Source of the DNA: an uncultured Dehalococcoidia bacterium
Lineage (GTDB): Bacteria > Chloroflexota > Dehalococcoidia > Lucifugimonadales > GCA-2712585
Direction of reading: 5' to 3'
Assembly (NCBI GenBank): GCA_964418665.1
Contig: CAYQLZ010000008.1
Coordinates: forward strand, 29,924 to 93,923
Length of the DNA: 64,000 nucleotides
A program made the translations under genes and the position numbers. Below the pieces are notes generated by a model. The model searched no databases. It was given only the letters and a program-made list of their open reading frames with translations, and was not told where the DNA came from. The stretch's first letter is position 1; each line of letters starts with the position of its first letter. Of the stretch, positions 11,768 to 19,733 are shown in pieces.

Positions 11768-12120
11768 CGCATTCCTGTTCCTGCGCAGGCAGGAACCCAC
11801 CCTCAACCCACGTCCCACCCTCCGCAATGGCTGCTCCCTCCCCCTCCCTGACCCCCGTAGGGGCGGTTCGTGAACCGCCCTCCCCCTCACCTCAACCATC
11901 CCGGTAGGGGCAGGTTTCAAACCTGCCCTCCCCCACACGTTATTCCAAACAAATCGAAGAATCTCGCCCCCTGTATGGAGTATGATACAGATAACCTCAG
12001 CCGAAGAGATTACACACAAAGCCCCCAACCAGGGAGAACCCCTCTTGCCTCTTCCCCCTTCATGGGGGAAGATTGAGCCTGTCCCGAGCTTGTCGAAGGG
12101 ATGGGGGTGATCCGGGTGGC
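11768..12120. repeat. mosaic cluster of hairpin repeats (families F, A, A, B)
   Basis: TTCCTGCgcagGCAGGAA (11774-11797). GTAGGGGCGGTTCGTGAACCGCCC (11857-11885). GTAGGGGCAGGTTTCAAACCTGCCC (11903-11933). CTTCCCCCttcatGGGGGAAGattgagcctgtcccgagcttgtcgaagggatgggggtgat (12050-12118). Confidence 0.85.
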
Positions 12121-12175
12121 GGGTCGAGAGGATCGGGAAGCTAACCCAACAGTCTCCATTAAAGGAGGTGACGAC

Positions 12176-12994
12176 ATGGATCTGGGACTCACAGACAAGA
12201 AAGCAATTGTGGCCGGCGGTGGCCGTGGCATCGGCAAAGCCATCGCCATGGAACTCGCCCGCGAGGGCGCCGACGTGGTCGTCGTTTCCCGCACCCAGGA
12301 TGAACTTGACCTTACCGCCCGCGAAATCGCCGACGAAACAGGAAGGCTCGTCTACCCCCTCTCCTTTGACGTCACCAACACCGAGCAGGTGAACTGGGGC
12401 GTCAAGCAGGCCGCCGCCGCCCTCGGCGGACTCCACATTCTCGTCAACAGCGCCGCCCTTCCCGGCGGCTCCCCGGAGGCCATCGGCCCCGTCGAAACCG
12501 TCGACGAAGAAATCCTCAAGTGGGACTTCGACGTCAAGTACGTGGGCGCTCTCCGGCTTGCCAAGGCCGCCATCCCCTTCCTCAAGGAAGCCGGCTGGGG
12601 ACGCATCATCAACATCAGCGGCGGCAACGCCCGCGCCGCCGGCAACCTCAGTGGCGGCGCCCGCAACGTCTCCCTAGTCCACTTCACCAAGTCCCTCTCC
12701 ATCCAGTTGGGACGATTCGGCATCACCGTCAACTGCATCCACCCGGGCACAACTCGCACCGAACGCACTCCCGTAATGTTCTCCGAACGAGGCGCGGAAC
12801 TCGGCGTCGACGCCGAAGAAGTGGAACGCAGAGACTTCGCCGAAGGTTCTCCCGCCGCCAACGCCATCGGCCGCATGGTCGACGCTCAGGAAGTCGGCTA
12901 CGTCGCCGCCTACCTCGCTTCCGACAAAGCCTGGGCCGTCACCGGCGAAGTCCTCGCCGCAGGCGGCGGCGTCGGCACCGCCGTCTACTACTAA
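12176..12994 (+). CDS. short-chain dehydrogenase/reductase (SDR) family oxidoreductase
   Basis: ATG at 12176 preceded by AAAGGAGG. Rossmann motif IVAGGGRGIGKAIA and an SDR-like length (272 aa). Confidence 0.85.
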   Translation: MDLGLTDKKAIVAGGGRGIGKAIAMELAREGADVVVVSRTQDELDLTAREIADETGRLVYPLSFDVTNTEQVNWGVKQAAAALGGLHILVNSAALPGGSPEAIGPVETVDEEILKWDFDVKYVGALRLAKAAIPFLKEAGWGRIINISGGNARAAGNLSGGARNVSLVHFTKSLSIQLGRFGITVNCIHPGTTRTERTPVMFSERGAELGVDAEEVERRDFAEGSPAANAIGRMVDAQEVGYVAAYLASDKAWAVTGEVLAAGGGVGTAVYY

Positions 12995-13009
12995 CCCCCA
13001 GCAGACCGC

Positions 13010-13440
13010 ATCGTCCGCCGTAGGGACACAAGCCTCCTCCATCTTGTTCCTGCGAAGGCAGGAACCCATATTCTCCCTCCGCCATTCTATGAGAAAGTTG
13101 GGATGGGTCGTTATTTCCCCTCTTGTTCCTCCGAAGGCAGACCTTTGAATTACCCTTTCGCGATCTCCTCAAAACTCTTCCCCCTTGATGGGTGTAGATT
13201 AGGATGAGGGTCATTGGGGTGACGGTTGGGCTGTTCGATTCGTTACGCAAAGGTCTCCAAAGGCAGCAACCCACCCCCCCTCCACCCAATCCTCCGTAGG
13301 GGCAATCCCTTGTGGTTGCCCTATTCCTTTCCTCACTCCCCCAACCGTCATTCCGAGCGCAGCGAAGCGAAGCCGAGGAATCTCCACGCCCGTAATCACC
13401 CGTCTCCCCAACGCCTCATTCCTCCTTCTTACACCCCCAT
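13010..13440. repeat. mosaic cluster of hairpin repeats (families F, F', B', G, A, D)
   Basis: cttgTTCCTGCgaagGCAGGAAccc (13043-13067). A degenerate F copy at 13122. A degenerate B copy at 13176-13228. gttacgcaaaggtctcc (13243-13259). GTAGGGGCAATCCCTTGTGGTTGCCC (13296-13324). gtcattccgagcgcagcgaagcgaagccgaggaatc (13347-13385). Confidence 0.8.
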
Positions 13441-13452
13441 CGGCCAGTCCAC

Positions 13453-13481
13453 TTGACAGCCCCAGAGAAAGACGCTATTCT
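13453..13481 (+). promoter_or_regulatory. candidate sigma70-type promoter at the left edge of the low-G+C insert
   Basis: TTGACA (13453-13458), 17-nt spacer, TATTCT (13476-13481). It lies about 210 nt upstream of the first cassette gene. An alternative is TTGCAA (13489) with CATACT (13512). Confidence 0.35.
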
Positions 13482-13499
13482 ATCGCGCTTGCAACTAAT

Positions 13500-13569
13500 G
13501 ATAGCCAGTATCATACTATAAGTAGCAAACTAACCGAATTACCCCCAAGAAACGATAGGACATATCATA
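13500..13569 (+). promoter_or_regulatory. direct repeats GATAGnnnnTATCATA (possible operator/iteron)
   Basis: GATAGCCAGTATCATA (13500-13515) and GATAGGACATATCATA (13554-13569), 54 nt apart. Partial copies are tGATATCAT (13579) and cGATAGaaattcg (13608). Confidence 0.35.
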
Positions 13570-13698
13570 AGGTTGGGTGATATCATTTCCACACTGCGAA
13601 CAAGGTCGATAGAAATTCGTCGCGATTGAAGTCTACGAACCGAAAACTGAAAGTCCATTGGCGAATTTGAGCTTGAACATCAATGCACGAGGTGAAAC

Positions 13699-13893
13699 AT
13701 GGAATTCTATAACGTGAAGACCAGGCAAAAGGTGGACATACCGGAAAGCGGCCTCAAGAAACGTACCATGGTGCAGAAGAACGGCAGGCAGACCTATGCC
13801 GTTACCGGCGAGGAAAACGGCACCCGGCTGGTTAGGTTTGTCAGCAAACAGCAGTATGATGCCTTGCAAGTGCCAGAGGTTGAAGGCTCCTAG
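13699..13893 (+). CDS. small protein resembling a Cys-less zinc-ribbon (DUF5679-like) protein
   Basis: 64 aa with SD GAGGTG upstream of the ATG. MEFYNVKTRQKV...MVQKNGRQTYAVTGEENGTRLVRFVS follows the Y-C-V-K-C-R-x-K...MKNGR-x-A-x-G-x-C-P-x-C-G-T-K-x-x-R-I pattern I recall for DUF5679. All four Cys ligands are replaced. Confidence 0.55.
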   Translation: MEFYNVKTRQKVDIPESGLKKRTMVQKNGRQTYAVTGEENGTRLVRFVSKQQYDALQVPEVEGS

Positions 13894-13902
13894 GGAGACG
13901 TT

Positions 13903-14427
13903 ATGTGGTGGTTCAAACGCGCGGTACTACGTCCGGTATTCGCTGAAGTCCAGGCGATGCACCCCTGGTTCCTGGACTACGACCAGTTGGAACCGGGGGT
14001 CAGGGATCTGGTGTGGTCACTAAACCAGACCGACCTTGTTGAGACCCTCACCTCCTGTGAAGGTCACCCGGAACTGCCCTATTGGTGGGAGACCACCGGT
14101 GGCACGGCTTACGTTCTCTATCTGGTGACCAATCCCGGCCGGTGGGACCGCGTGTTGGACCGGTTGCGGCAGATGGCCCAGGACTGGAAGGATGTCCAAT
14201 TGATAGTGCGCGGCGAGCGGGAGCAATGGATGGGGTTTCAAGTCAGTCATGGCCCCACGGAATCTGACCGAAATGCCTTGGACGAGGCCATTCGCCAGAC
14301 TAGCGAACTGCTCAAAGAACACATAGACCATGATGTTGTTGCCCTGACCTCAGCCCTGCGTGAGCAGGAGAATCAAGGCCGCCAGAATGGTCCTCCACGT
14401 CTCGTCACAGGACTGGGGCAAGACTGA
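13903..14427 (+). CDS. hypothetical protein (174 aa), no family recognised
   Basis: SD GGGAG is 6 nt upstream of the ATG. There is a conserved-looking block LEPGVRDLVWSLNQTDLVETLTSCEGHPELPYWW. The gene sits between the two small paralogues. Confidence 0.55.
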   Translation: MWWFKRAVLRPVFAEVQAMHPWFLDYDQLEPGVRDLVWSLNQTDLVETLTSCEGHPELPYWWETTGGTAYVLYLVTNPGRWDRVLDRLRQMAQDWKDVQLIVRGEREQWMGFQVSHGPTESDRNALDEAIRQTSELLKEHIDHDVVALTSALREQENQGRQNGPPRLVTGLGQD

Positions 14428-14459
14428 GAGAAAGACCAACAGATCGACGGAGGTGTCCC

Positions 14460-14645
14460 TTGGAAGGACTAACTGCTTACTGCTTGCCACTGCGCAGGAG
14501 ATGCGAAATTCTGGAACCCCGTGTTATAACCATGAAGAATGGACGTAAGGCGGTACGGGGCAAGGCCAAAGATGCTCCCCAGTACACCGTTTTCCGAATC
14601 TTGAGCGACGCCGAAGCGAAGCAGCTGGAGTCCACCCCCGGCTAA
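14460..14645 (+). CDS. second DUF5679-like small protein (paralogue of 13699..13893)
   Basis: TTG start preceded by GGAGGT. TAYCLPLRRRCEILEPRVITMKNGRKAVRGKAKDAPQYTVFRILS keeps the MKNGR-x-A-x-x-G...(F/V)R(I/F)(L/V)S core. The second Cys pair is lost. Confidence 0.5.
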   Translation: MEGLTAYCLPLRRRCEILEPRVITMKNGRKAVRGKAKDAPQYTVFRILSDAEAKQLESTPG

Positions 14646-14712
14646 CAAAACAAGATCCCGGAGTACGCCGAATCCCACCATTCGCCCAGCTCCCCACCCA
14701 TAACCGCACCCC

Positions 14713-14936
14713 CCGTAATGTTCGCCGCACGAGGCGCGGATATGTGCATCGAAGCTGAAAAAGTGGGACGGTGCGACTTTGCCTCGGGTTCTCCCTCCGC
14801 CTTCGCCAGCCTCCGCATAGTCCACGCTCAGGAAGTAGGCTACGTCGCAGCCTACCTCGCCTCCGACAAAGCCTGGGCCGTCACCGGTGAAGTCCTCGCC
14901 GCAGGCAGCAGGGTCGGCAACGCCATCTACTACTAA
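14713..14936 (+). pseudogene. orphan duplicate of the 3' end of the SDR gene (12771..12994)
   Basis: 224 nt collinear with no indels against 12771-12994, at a constant offset of 1942. The last ~110 nt look about 90% identical by eye. Both copies end in ...YLASDKAWAVTGEVLAAG...YY-TAA. Confidence 0.85.
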
Positions 14937-14991
14937 TCCATGCACACTCCCCCTCGGCACAATTCGCGTAGGGGCGATTCGCGAACCGTCC

Positions 14992-15543
14992 TCAGGGTTT
15001 GAGGCCCTCTACAACTGCCTCGGGATTCTCTCGGTCCAATTCCCACTTCAGCGGGTTTTCTACAATATATTCCCTTGCCTGACTCAACTCATTCTCGTCA
15101 CGGATAACCCGCTCGTAATAATTCCGCTGCCACAGACGCCGGGAGGGAGAACCGCAAGAAAGATTGATCCGCTTGGTGCTTACAGTCTTGAACGCGCCAA
15201 TCAGACGCCCCAGAGGCTTCCGGCAGTTTTTCGTAGGGGCGGTTCGCGAACCGCCCTGACTTGGGATTGTGTCTAACACGATGATGCCATGCAAATGATT
15301 CGGCATTACTACGTATTCGTCTAACGAGACGTGAGGATATCGTATCCCCAGCCATTCCCAATATGTTGCAACTATTCGCCCCTCATCGTTCAACTCCATT
15401 TTCCCATCTATAATTTCGCCGAAACGGAGACTTCGGTCCCTAACTACTACGGTTACGAAATACGCTCCCGCGCGGGTGTAGTCATATCCTCTCAATCTGA
15501 TAGACCTGCGCCGATGAATGTCGGGATTGTAGCGTTGGTTCAA
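14992..15543 (-). CDS. REP-associated tyrosine transposase (IS200/IS605 Y1 family, RAYT)
   Basis: RLRGYDYTRAGAYFVTVV, the HUH motif MPNHLHGIIVL, and the catalytic Tyr context LWQRNYYERVIRDE. Likely TTG start at 15543. The ORF-track extension to 15753 runs through a REP and is rejected. Confidence 0.8.
   Translation of the reverse strand: MNQRYNPDIHRRRSIRLRGYDYTRAGAYFVTVVVRDRSLRFGEIIDGKMELNDEGRIVATYWEWLGIRYPHVSLDEYVVMPNHLHGIIVLDTIPSQGGSRTAPTKNCRKPLGRLIGAFKTVSTKRINLSCGSPSRRLWQRNYYERVIRDENELSQAREYIVENPLKWELDRENPEAVVEGLKP
15233..15258. repeat. REP palindrome (family A) embedded inside the RAYT coding sequence
   Basis: GTAGGGGCGGTTCGCGAACCGCCCTG, read on the minus strand, encodes ...QGGSRTAPT... 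in the loop between the HUH and Tyr motifs. Confidence 0.8.
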
Positions 15544-15619
15544 TGGTGCATCTCTAGCAAAATATGTACCGTTCCACGTAGGGGCGGTTCGCGAACCGCC
15601 CCTACAAAGGACGACGACC

Positions 15620-15868
<249 letters not shown>

Positions 15869-15963
15869 TCAATTGTCCCACTACAAGCGCAATTATTGAA
15901 GCCCGGTTCGTATCCTCAATCCAACCACGATGGTTGCCTTTGAGTAGGTTTCGGTGCTGATGG

Positions 15964-16395
15964 TCAAGATACCCTCAGTACGATGTCAGTAACGATACTG
16001 ACCAACAAGCTTCCAATCGCTATCCCAACCGCCATTTTGGCTAGTCGGTGTGTCTGGCTTTGTCTTGCATCGTCGTTTCGTAGCTTGTGAAGTGCGCGTG
16101 CGCCCTGATTGGACATTCCTTCATGCACTTCAACGAAGAAGCACCGGTCTTCCCTATCTTGTGTAAGCACTTCCTTCAGGCGAGGCTTTAAATCTGGATC
16201 AATTCCTGTGCTCCAAATCCCCTCGGAGCATTCTGCTGCCCACGGTGCAGGCAAGCTGAGACTCTCACGCTCATCCTTGTTCCAAGATAACGGCCTCTTC
16301 TCAATATCAGCGGCAATCATGGCGAATTCAGATAGAAATTGACAATTCTTGCAGCAGTGTTTCATTGATGTCGTCCTAAGTGCCTCCCCCCTCAC
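15964..16395 (-). CDS. hypothetical tail-anchored membrane protein with N-terminal CCxxC
   Basis: 143-aa ORF. GTG at 16395 is preceded by GGAGGTGGGG (alternative ATG at 16365). It has MKHCCKNCQF near the N-terminus and a single C-terminal TM (MAVGIAIGSLLVSIVTDIVL). G+C is lower than in the flanks. Confidence 0.45.
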   Translation of the reverse strand: MRGEALRTTSMKHCCKNCQFLSEFAMIAADIEKRPLSWNKDERESLSLPAPWAAECSEGIWSTGIDPDLKPRLKEVLTQDREDRCFFVEVHEGMSNQGARALHKLRNDDARQSQTHRLAKMAVGIAIGSLLVSIVTDIVLRVS

Positions 16396-16408
16396 ATCCC
16401 CACCTCCC

Positions 16409-16512
16409 TCAACCGCAGTTCATCCCCCTCACCACATCCAAATTATCTCCCGTCCACAGAGTCCGGCTGGAAAAATCAGGAGCGGTCCTTTGCCTTCAAT
16501 CTCTATTTCTCC
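16409..16512 (-). pseudogene. frameshifted N-terminal fragment of a DNA methyltransferase (paralogue of 20642..22078)
   Basis: The minus strand reads EIEIEGKGP, then a frameshift, then DFSSRTLWTGDNLDVVRGMN, then a stop. The intact gene has TIEVEAVGEPNFASRTLWTGDNLDVLRGMN. The DPPF motif and everything after it are missing. Confidence 0.7.
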
Positions 16513-16548
16513 GCATATCCCCCGTCCCCAGCCTCCGGCTGGCACGAA

Positions 16549-16764
16549 TCAGACCGGCACGCTCACATGGTACACCACGTCTGCGTCCTTCGGCGCATCC
16601 ACCCCATCGTCCCTCAACGTTTCGAGATACAACCCTATGGCTTCTTTGACGTTTTACAGCGTCTCGGGAATCGACTCGCCCTGAGAGTAACAGCCGGGCA
16701 GCGCGGGCACCTGCACCCAGAAACCGCCTTCCTCCGCTTTGTTTATAGCCACTGAGTATTCCAT
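16549..16764 (-). pseudogene. HicB-family antitoxin-like gene interrupted by an in-frame TAA
   Basis: MEYSVAINKAEEGGFWVQVPALPGCYSQGESIPETL-TAA-NVKEAIGLYLETLRDDGVDAPKDADVVYHVSVPV. The stop is at 16654-16656. No hicA was seen next to it. Confidence 0.65.
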
Positions 16765-16983
16765 CTCATGTACTCATTGCAGGGGACTACGGGCAGCCGA
16801 AGCATCTCTGCAAATCGGCGTGATAGCAAGAATTTGATACATGGACAACACTGATGCAGGCAGCATAGCCGTTTCGTCACAAGATTCGCCAGCCACTCCC
16901 CCCACCGTCATTCCGGCCCCCTTTCTCCGTACTCCCGCGCTCAGTCAAAGTCCCCCTCCCCCTTCCCTTCCCTACCATCAACA

Positions 16984-18069
16984 ATGTACCCTCACAACAT
17001 GTGGCGCCTCACCGAACACCACCTGCAGTCCATCGCCACCGGCGCCGCCATCCTCGGCACCGGCGGCGGCGGTAACCCCTACGTCGGCATGCTCCGCGCC
17101 CGCGAGGCCCTTCGACGCTACAACCCCGTCGACGTGCTCACCCCCGAGGAACTGGGCGAAGACGCCCGCGTCGTCTGCGTCGGAGGCATCGGCGCCCCCA
17201 CCGTCGGCATCGAAAAGATGCGCGACATCCAGGCTTACCACGCCCTCCGCGCCATCGAAGACTTCGTCGGCGAAAAGGCAACCGCCCTCATCTCCAACGA
17301 AATGGGCGGCAGCAACTCCCTCGAACCCATCATCCCCGCCTCCATCGCCGGACTCCCCATCGTCGACGCCGACGCCATGGGCCGCGCATTCCCCGAACTC
17401 CAGATGAAGACCTTTTTCATCTATGGCGTCCCCTGGTATCCCCTCGCCCTCGCCGACGAAAAGGGCAATACCAGTATCTTCCCCAAGGCCGTCACCGCCA
17501 CCTGGATGGAGCGCATGGCCCGCGCCGTCACCATCCAGATGGGCTGCATCGCCTGCTACGCCCTCCACCCCATGTCCGCGGATGAAATCCGACGCACCGC
17601 CGTCCCCCACACCCTCTCTCTCGCCCTGAAATTGGGCAACGCCGTCAAGCAAGCCCAAATGAAGCACGAAGACCCCATCGAAGCCATCATGTCCGTATAC
17701 CCAGGCAAGGTCCTCTTCCAGGGCAAAATCGTCGACCTGGAACGTCGCACCACCACCGGTTTCGCCCGCGGCAAAGTCGTCATCGACGGCCTCGGCGAAT
17801 TCGCCCCCGGCCTCATGTCCATCGAGTTCCAGAACGAAAACCTTATCGCCTCCATCGACGGTCAGGTCGTCTGCCTCGTCCCTGACCTCATCTGCGTCGT
17901 CGACTCCGAACGCGGCGAACCCATCACCACCGAGCTCCTCCGCTACGGCTTCCGCGTCACCGTCCTCGGCTTCCCCGCCCACCCTCTGCTCAAGTCCCCG
18001 CAGGCCCTGGAAGTGGTCGGCCCCAGAGCCTTCGGCTACCCCCACCAATACGTCCCACTGGAGGTGTGA
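16984..18069 (+). CDS. DUF917-family protein (hydantoinase-associated)
   Basis: 361 aa. The N-terminal AAILGTGGGGNPY motif and the pairing with a hydantoinase/oxoprolinase gene are typical of DUF917. Confidence 0.75.
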   Translation: MYPHNMWRLTEHHLQSIATGAAILGTGGGGNPYVGMLRAREALRRYNPVDVLTPEELGEDARVVCVGGIGAPTVGIEKMRDIQAYHALRAIEDFVGEKATALISNEMGGSNSLEPIIPASIAGLPIVDADAMGRAFPELQMKTFFIYGVPWYPLALADEKGNTSIFPKAVTATWMERMARAVTIQMGCIACYALHPMSADEIRRTAVPHTLSLALKLGNAVKQAQMKHEDPIEAIMSVYPGKVLFQGKIVDLERRTTTGFARGKVVIDGLGEFAPGLMSIEFQNENLIASIDGQVVCLVPDLICVVDSERGEPITTELLRYGFRVTVLGFPAHPLLKSPQALEVVGPRAFGYPHQYVPLEV

Positions 18070-18113
18070 AATGAACCCAAACTCCCAATCGCCCCTCCGC
18101 CATTCCAATTCTC

Positions 18114-18155
18114 CTCTTCCCCCTCGATGGGGGAAGATTGAGATGGGGGTGAACA
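18114..18155. repeat. hairpin repeat, family B
   Basis: CTTCCCCCtcgatGGGGGAAGattgagatgggggtgaa. The same unit occurs at 12050, 23448, 27338, 28165 and 34192. Confidence 0.85.
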
Positions 18156-18180
18156 TCCAACCCGCCAGGAACCACCCACA

Positions 18181-19728
18181 ATGCTGACCAGAATCGGCGT
18201 CGACGTCGGCGGCACAAACACCGACGCCGTCCTGATGCGCGGCGACGAACTCCTCGCCCAGGCGAAGGTACCCACCACCCCTGACGTCACCTCCGGCATT
18301 GAAGCGGCAATCGAAGCCGTCATGGCCGGTGCCGGCGACAGCATCCAGCCCTCGGCGGTTATGCTCGGCACCACCCACTTCACCAACGCCCTACTGGAGC
18401 GCCGTGGGCTCGCGAATACCGCCATCCTCCGACTCTGCCTCCCCGCCACAACTCTGTTGCCACCCCTCTGCGACTGGCCTGAACCCCTCAAGCGGTCCAT
18501 CGGCGGACTCAGCTACATGGTCCACGGCGGCCACGAGTTCGACGGACGCGAAATCTCGCCCCTGGATTCTGCGGAGATTCGCAACATCGTATCTCAGATG
18601 CGGTCCGAGGGAATCAAAGCCGTCGCCGTCAGCGGCGTCTTCTCCCCCATCGACCCTTCCCACGAGGAACGCGCCGCCGACGTTATCCGCGATGCAGCCC
18701 CGGACCTGCGCGTCACCCTCTCCCACCAGATAGGACGCGTGGGCATCCTCGAGCGCGAGAACGCCGCCGCCCTGAACGCCGCCCTTTCCGTCGCCGCCGA
18801 ACGCATCATCCCCCGCATCCGCGAGTCGTTAGACAGCCTCGGACTCAACGTCCCCCTCTACCTGAGCCAGAACGACGGCACCCTCATGGACGCCGAATTC
18901 GCCACCCGCTATCCCGTCTTCACCATCGCCTCCGGCCCCACCAACAGCATGCGCGGCGCCGCCTTCCTCTCCGGCGTCCGAAACGGCATCGTCATGGACA
19001 TCGGCGGCACCTCCACCGACGCTGGTGCGCTGGTCAACGGCTTCCCCCGCGAGGCGTCCGTCTCCGTGGAAATGACCGGCGTCCGCACCAACTTCCGCAT
19101 GCCCGACGTCATCAGCGTCGCCCTCGGCGGCGGCAGCATCGTCGAGACAGATCCCCTCCGCATCGGCCCCACCAGCGTCGGCCATCGCCTGACAACGAAA
19201 GCGCGGGTCTTCGGCGGACGAACCCTGACCGCCAGCGACATTGCGGTAGCAGGCGGTCTCGCCAGCATGGGCGACCCCGACGCTGTAAGGGACCTGGACA
19301 CAGGCATCGTCGACGAAGGTCTAACCCATATCCGAAGAATGCTGGAAGACGTCATGGACCGGGTGAAACTTACCCGCGGCGACGTCCCCCTCGTCTTGGT
19401 TGGTGGCGGCAGCGTCCTCGCCCCCACCCCGCTGACGGGCGCGTCGGAAATCCTACGCCCTCCCCACGCCGAGGTCGCCAACGCCATCGGAGCCGCCATA
19501 GCCCAGGTCGGCGGTCAGACCGAAAAAGTCTACTCCCTCGACCGTATGACCCGCGAAGAAGCCCTCGCCGACGCCCGCTCAACCGCCACCCAACAGGCCA
19601 TCGCCGCCGGCGCCAACCCCGACACCATTGAGATCGTCGAAGTCGAAGAAATCCCCCTCACCTACCTCCCCAGCAACGCCACCCGCATCCGCACCAAAGC
19701 CATCGGCAACCTGGGCATTGGAGAGTAG
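18181..19728 (+). CDS. hydantoinase/oxoprolinase family protein
   Basis: 515 aa. N-terminal IGVDVGGTNTDAV (ASKHA-type) and a second DIGGTSTD phosphate motif. Confidence 0.85.
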   Translation: MLTRIGVDVGGTNTDAVLMRGDELLAQAKVPTTPDVTSGIEAAIEAVMAGAGDSIQPSAVMLGTTHFTNALLERRGLANTAILRLCLPATTLLPPLCDWPEPLKRSIGGLSYMVHGGHEFDGREISPLDSAEIRNIVSQMRSEGIKAVAVSGVFSPIDPSHEERAADVIRDAAPDLRVTLSHQIGRVGILERENAAALNAALSVAAERIIPRIRESLDSLGLNVPLYLSQNDGTLMDAEFATRYPVFTIASGPTNSMRGAAFLSGVRNGIVMDIGGTSTDAGALVNGFPREASVSVEMTGVRTNFRMPDVISVALGGGSIVETDPLRIGPTSVGHRLTTKARVFGGRTLTASDIAVAGGLASMGDPDAVRDLDTGIVDEGLTHIRRMLEDVMDRVKLTRGDVPLVLVGGGSVLAPTPLTGASEILRPPHAEVANAIGAAIAQVGGQTEKVYSLDRMTREEALADARSTATQQAIAAGANPDTIEIVEVEEIPLTYLPSNATRIRTKAIGNLGIGE

Positions 19729-19733
19729 GTGGA

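Larger units (their letters stand above)
14968..15605 (-). mobile_element. RAYT gene with flanking REP palindromes
   Basis: The transposase CDS is bracketed by GTAGGGGCGATTCGCGAACCGTCC (14968-14991) and the perfect 28-nt palindrome GTAGGGGCGGTTCGCGAACCGCCCCTAC (15578-15605). Confidence 0.75.

Noticed and set aside
13440-13698. Possible small RNA, tRNA or att site in the AT-rich left end of the insertion.
   Set aside because: No cloverleaf, no RNase P, SRP or tmRNA signature strings, and no integrase nearby. The region is better explained as a promoter/operator region, which is reported as a finding.
16841-17407. 188-aa ORF overlapping the start of the DUF917 gene.
   Set aside because: It is a Pro/Ser/Ala-rich alternate-frame translation of the DUF917 coding region. 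The DUF917 frame carries the family motif GTGGGGNPY.
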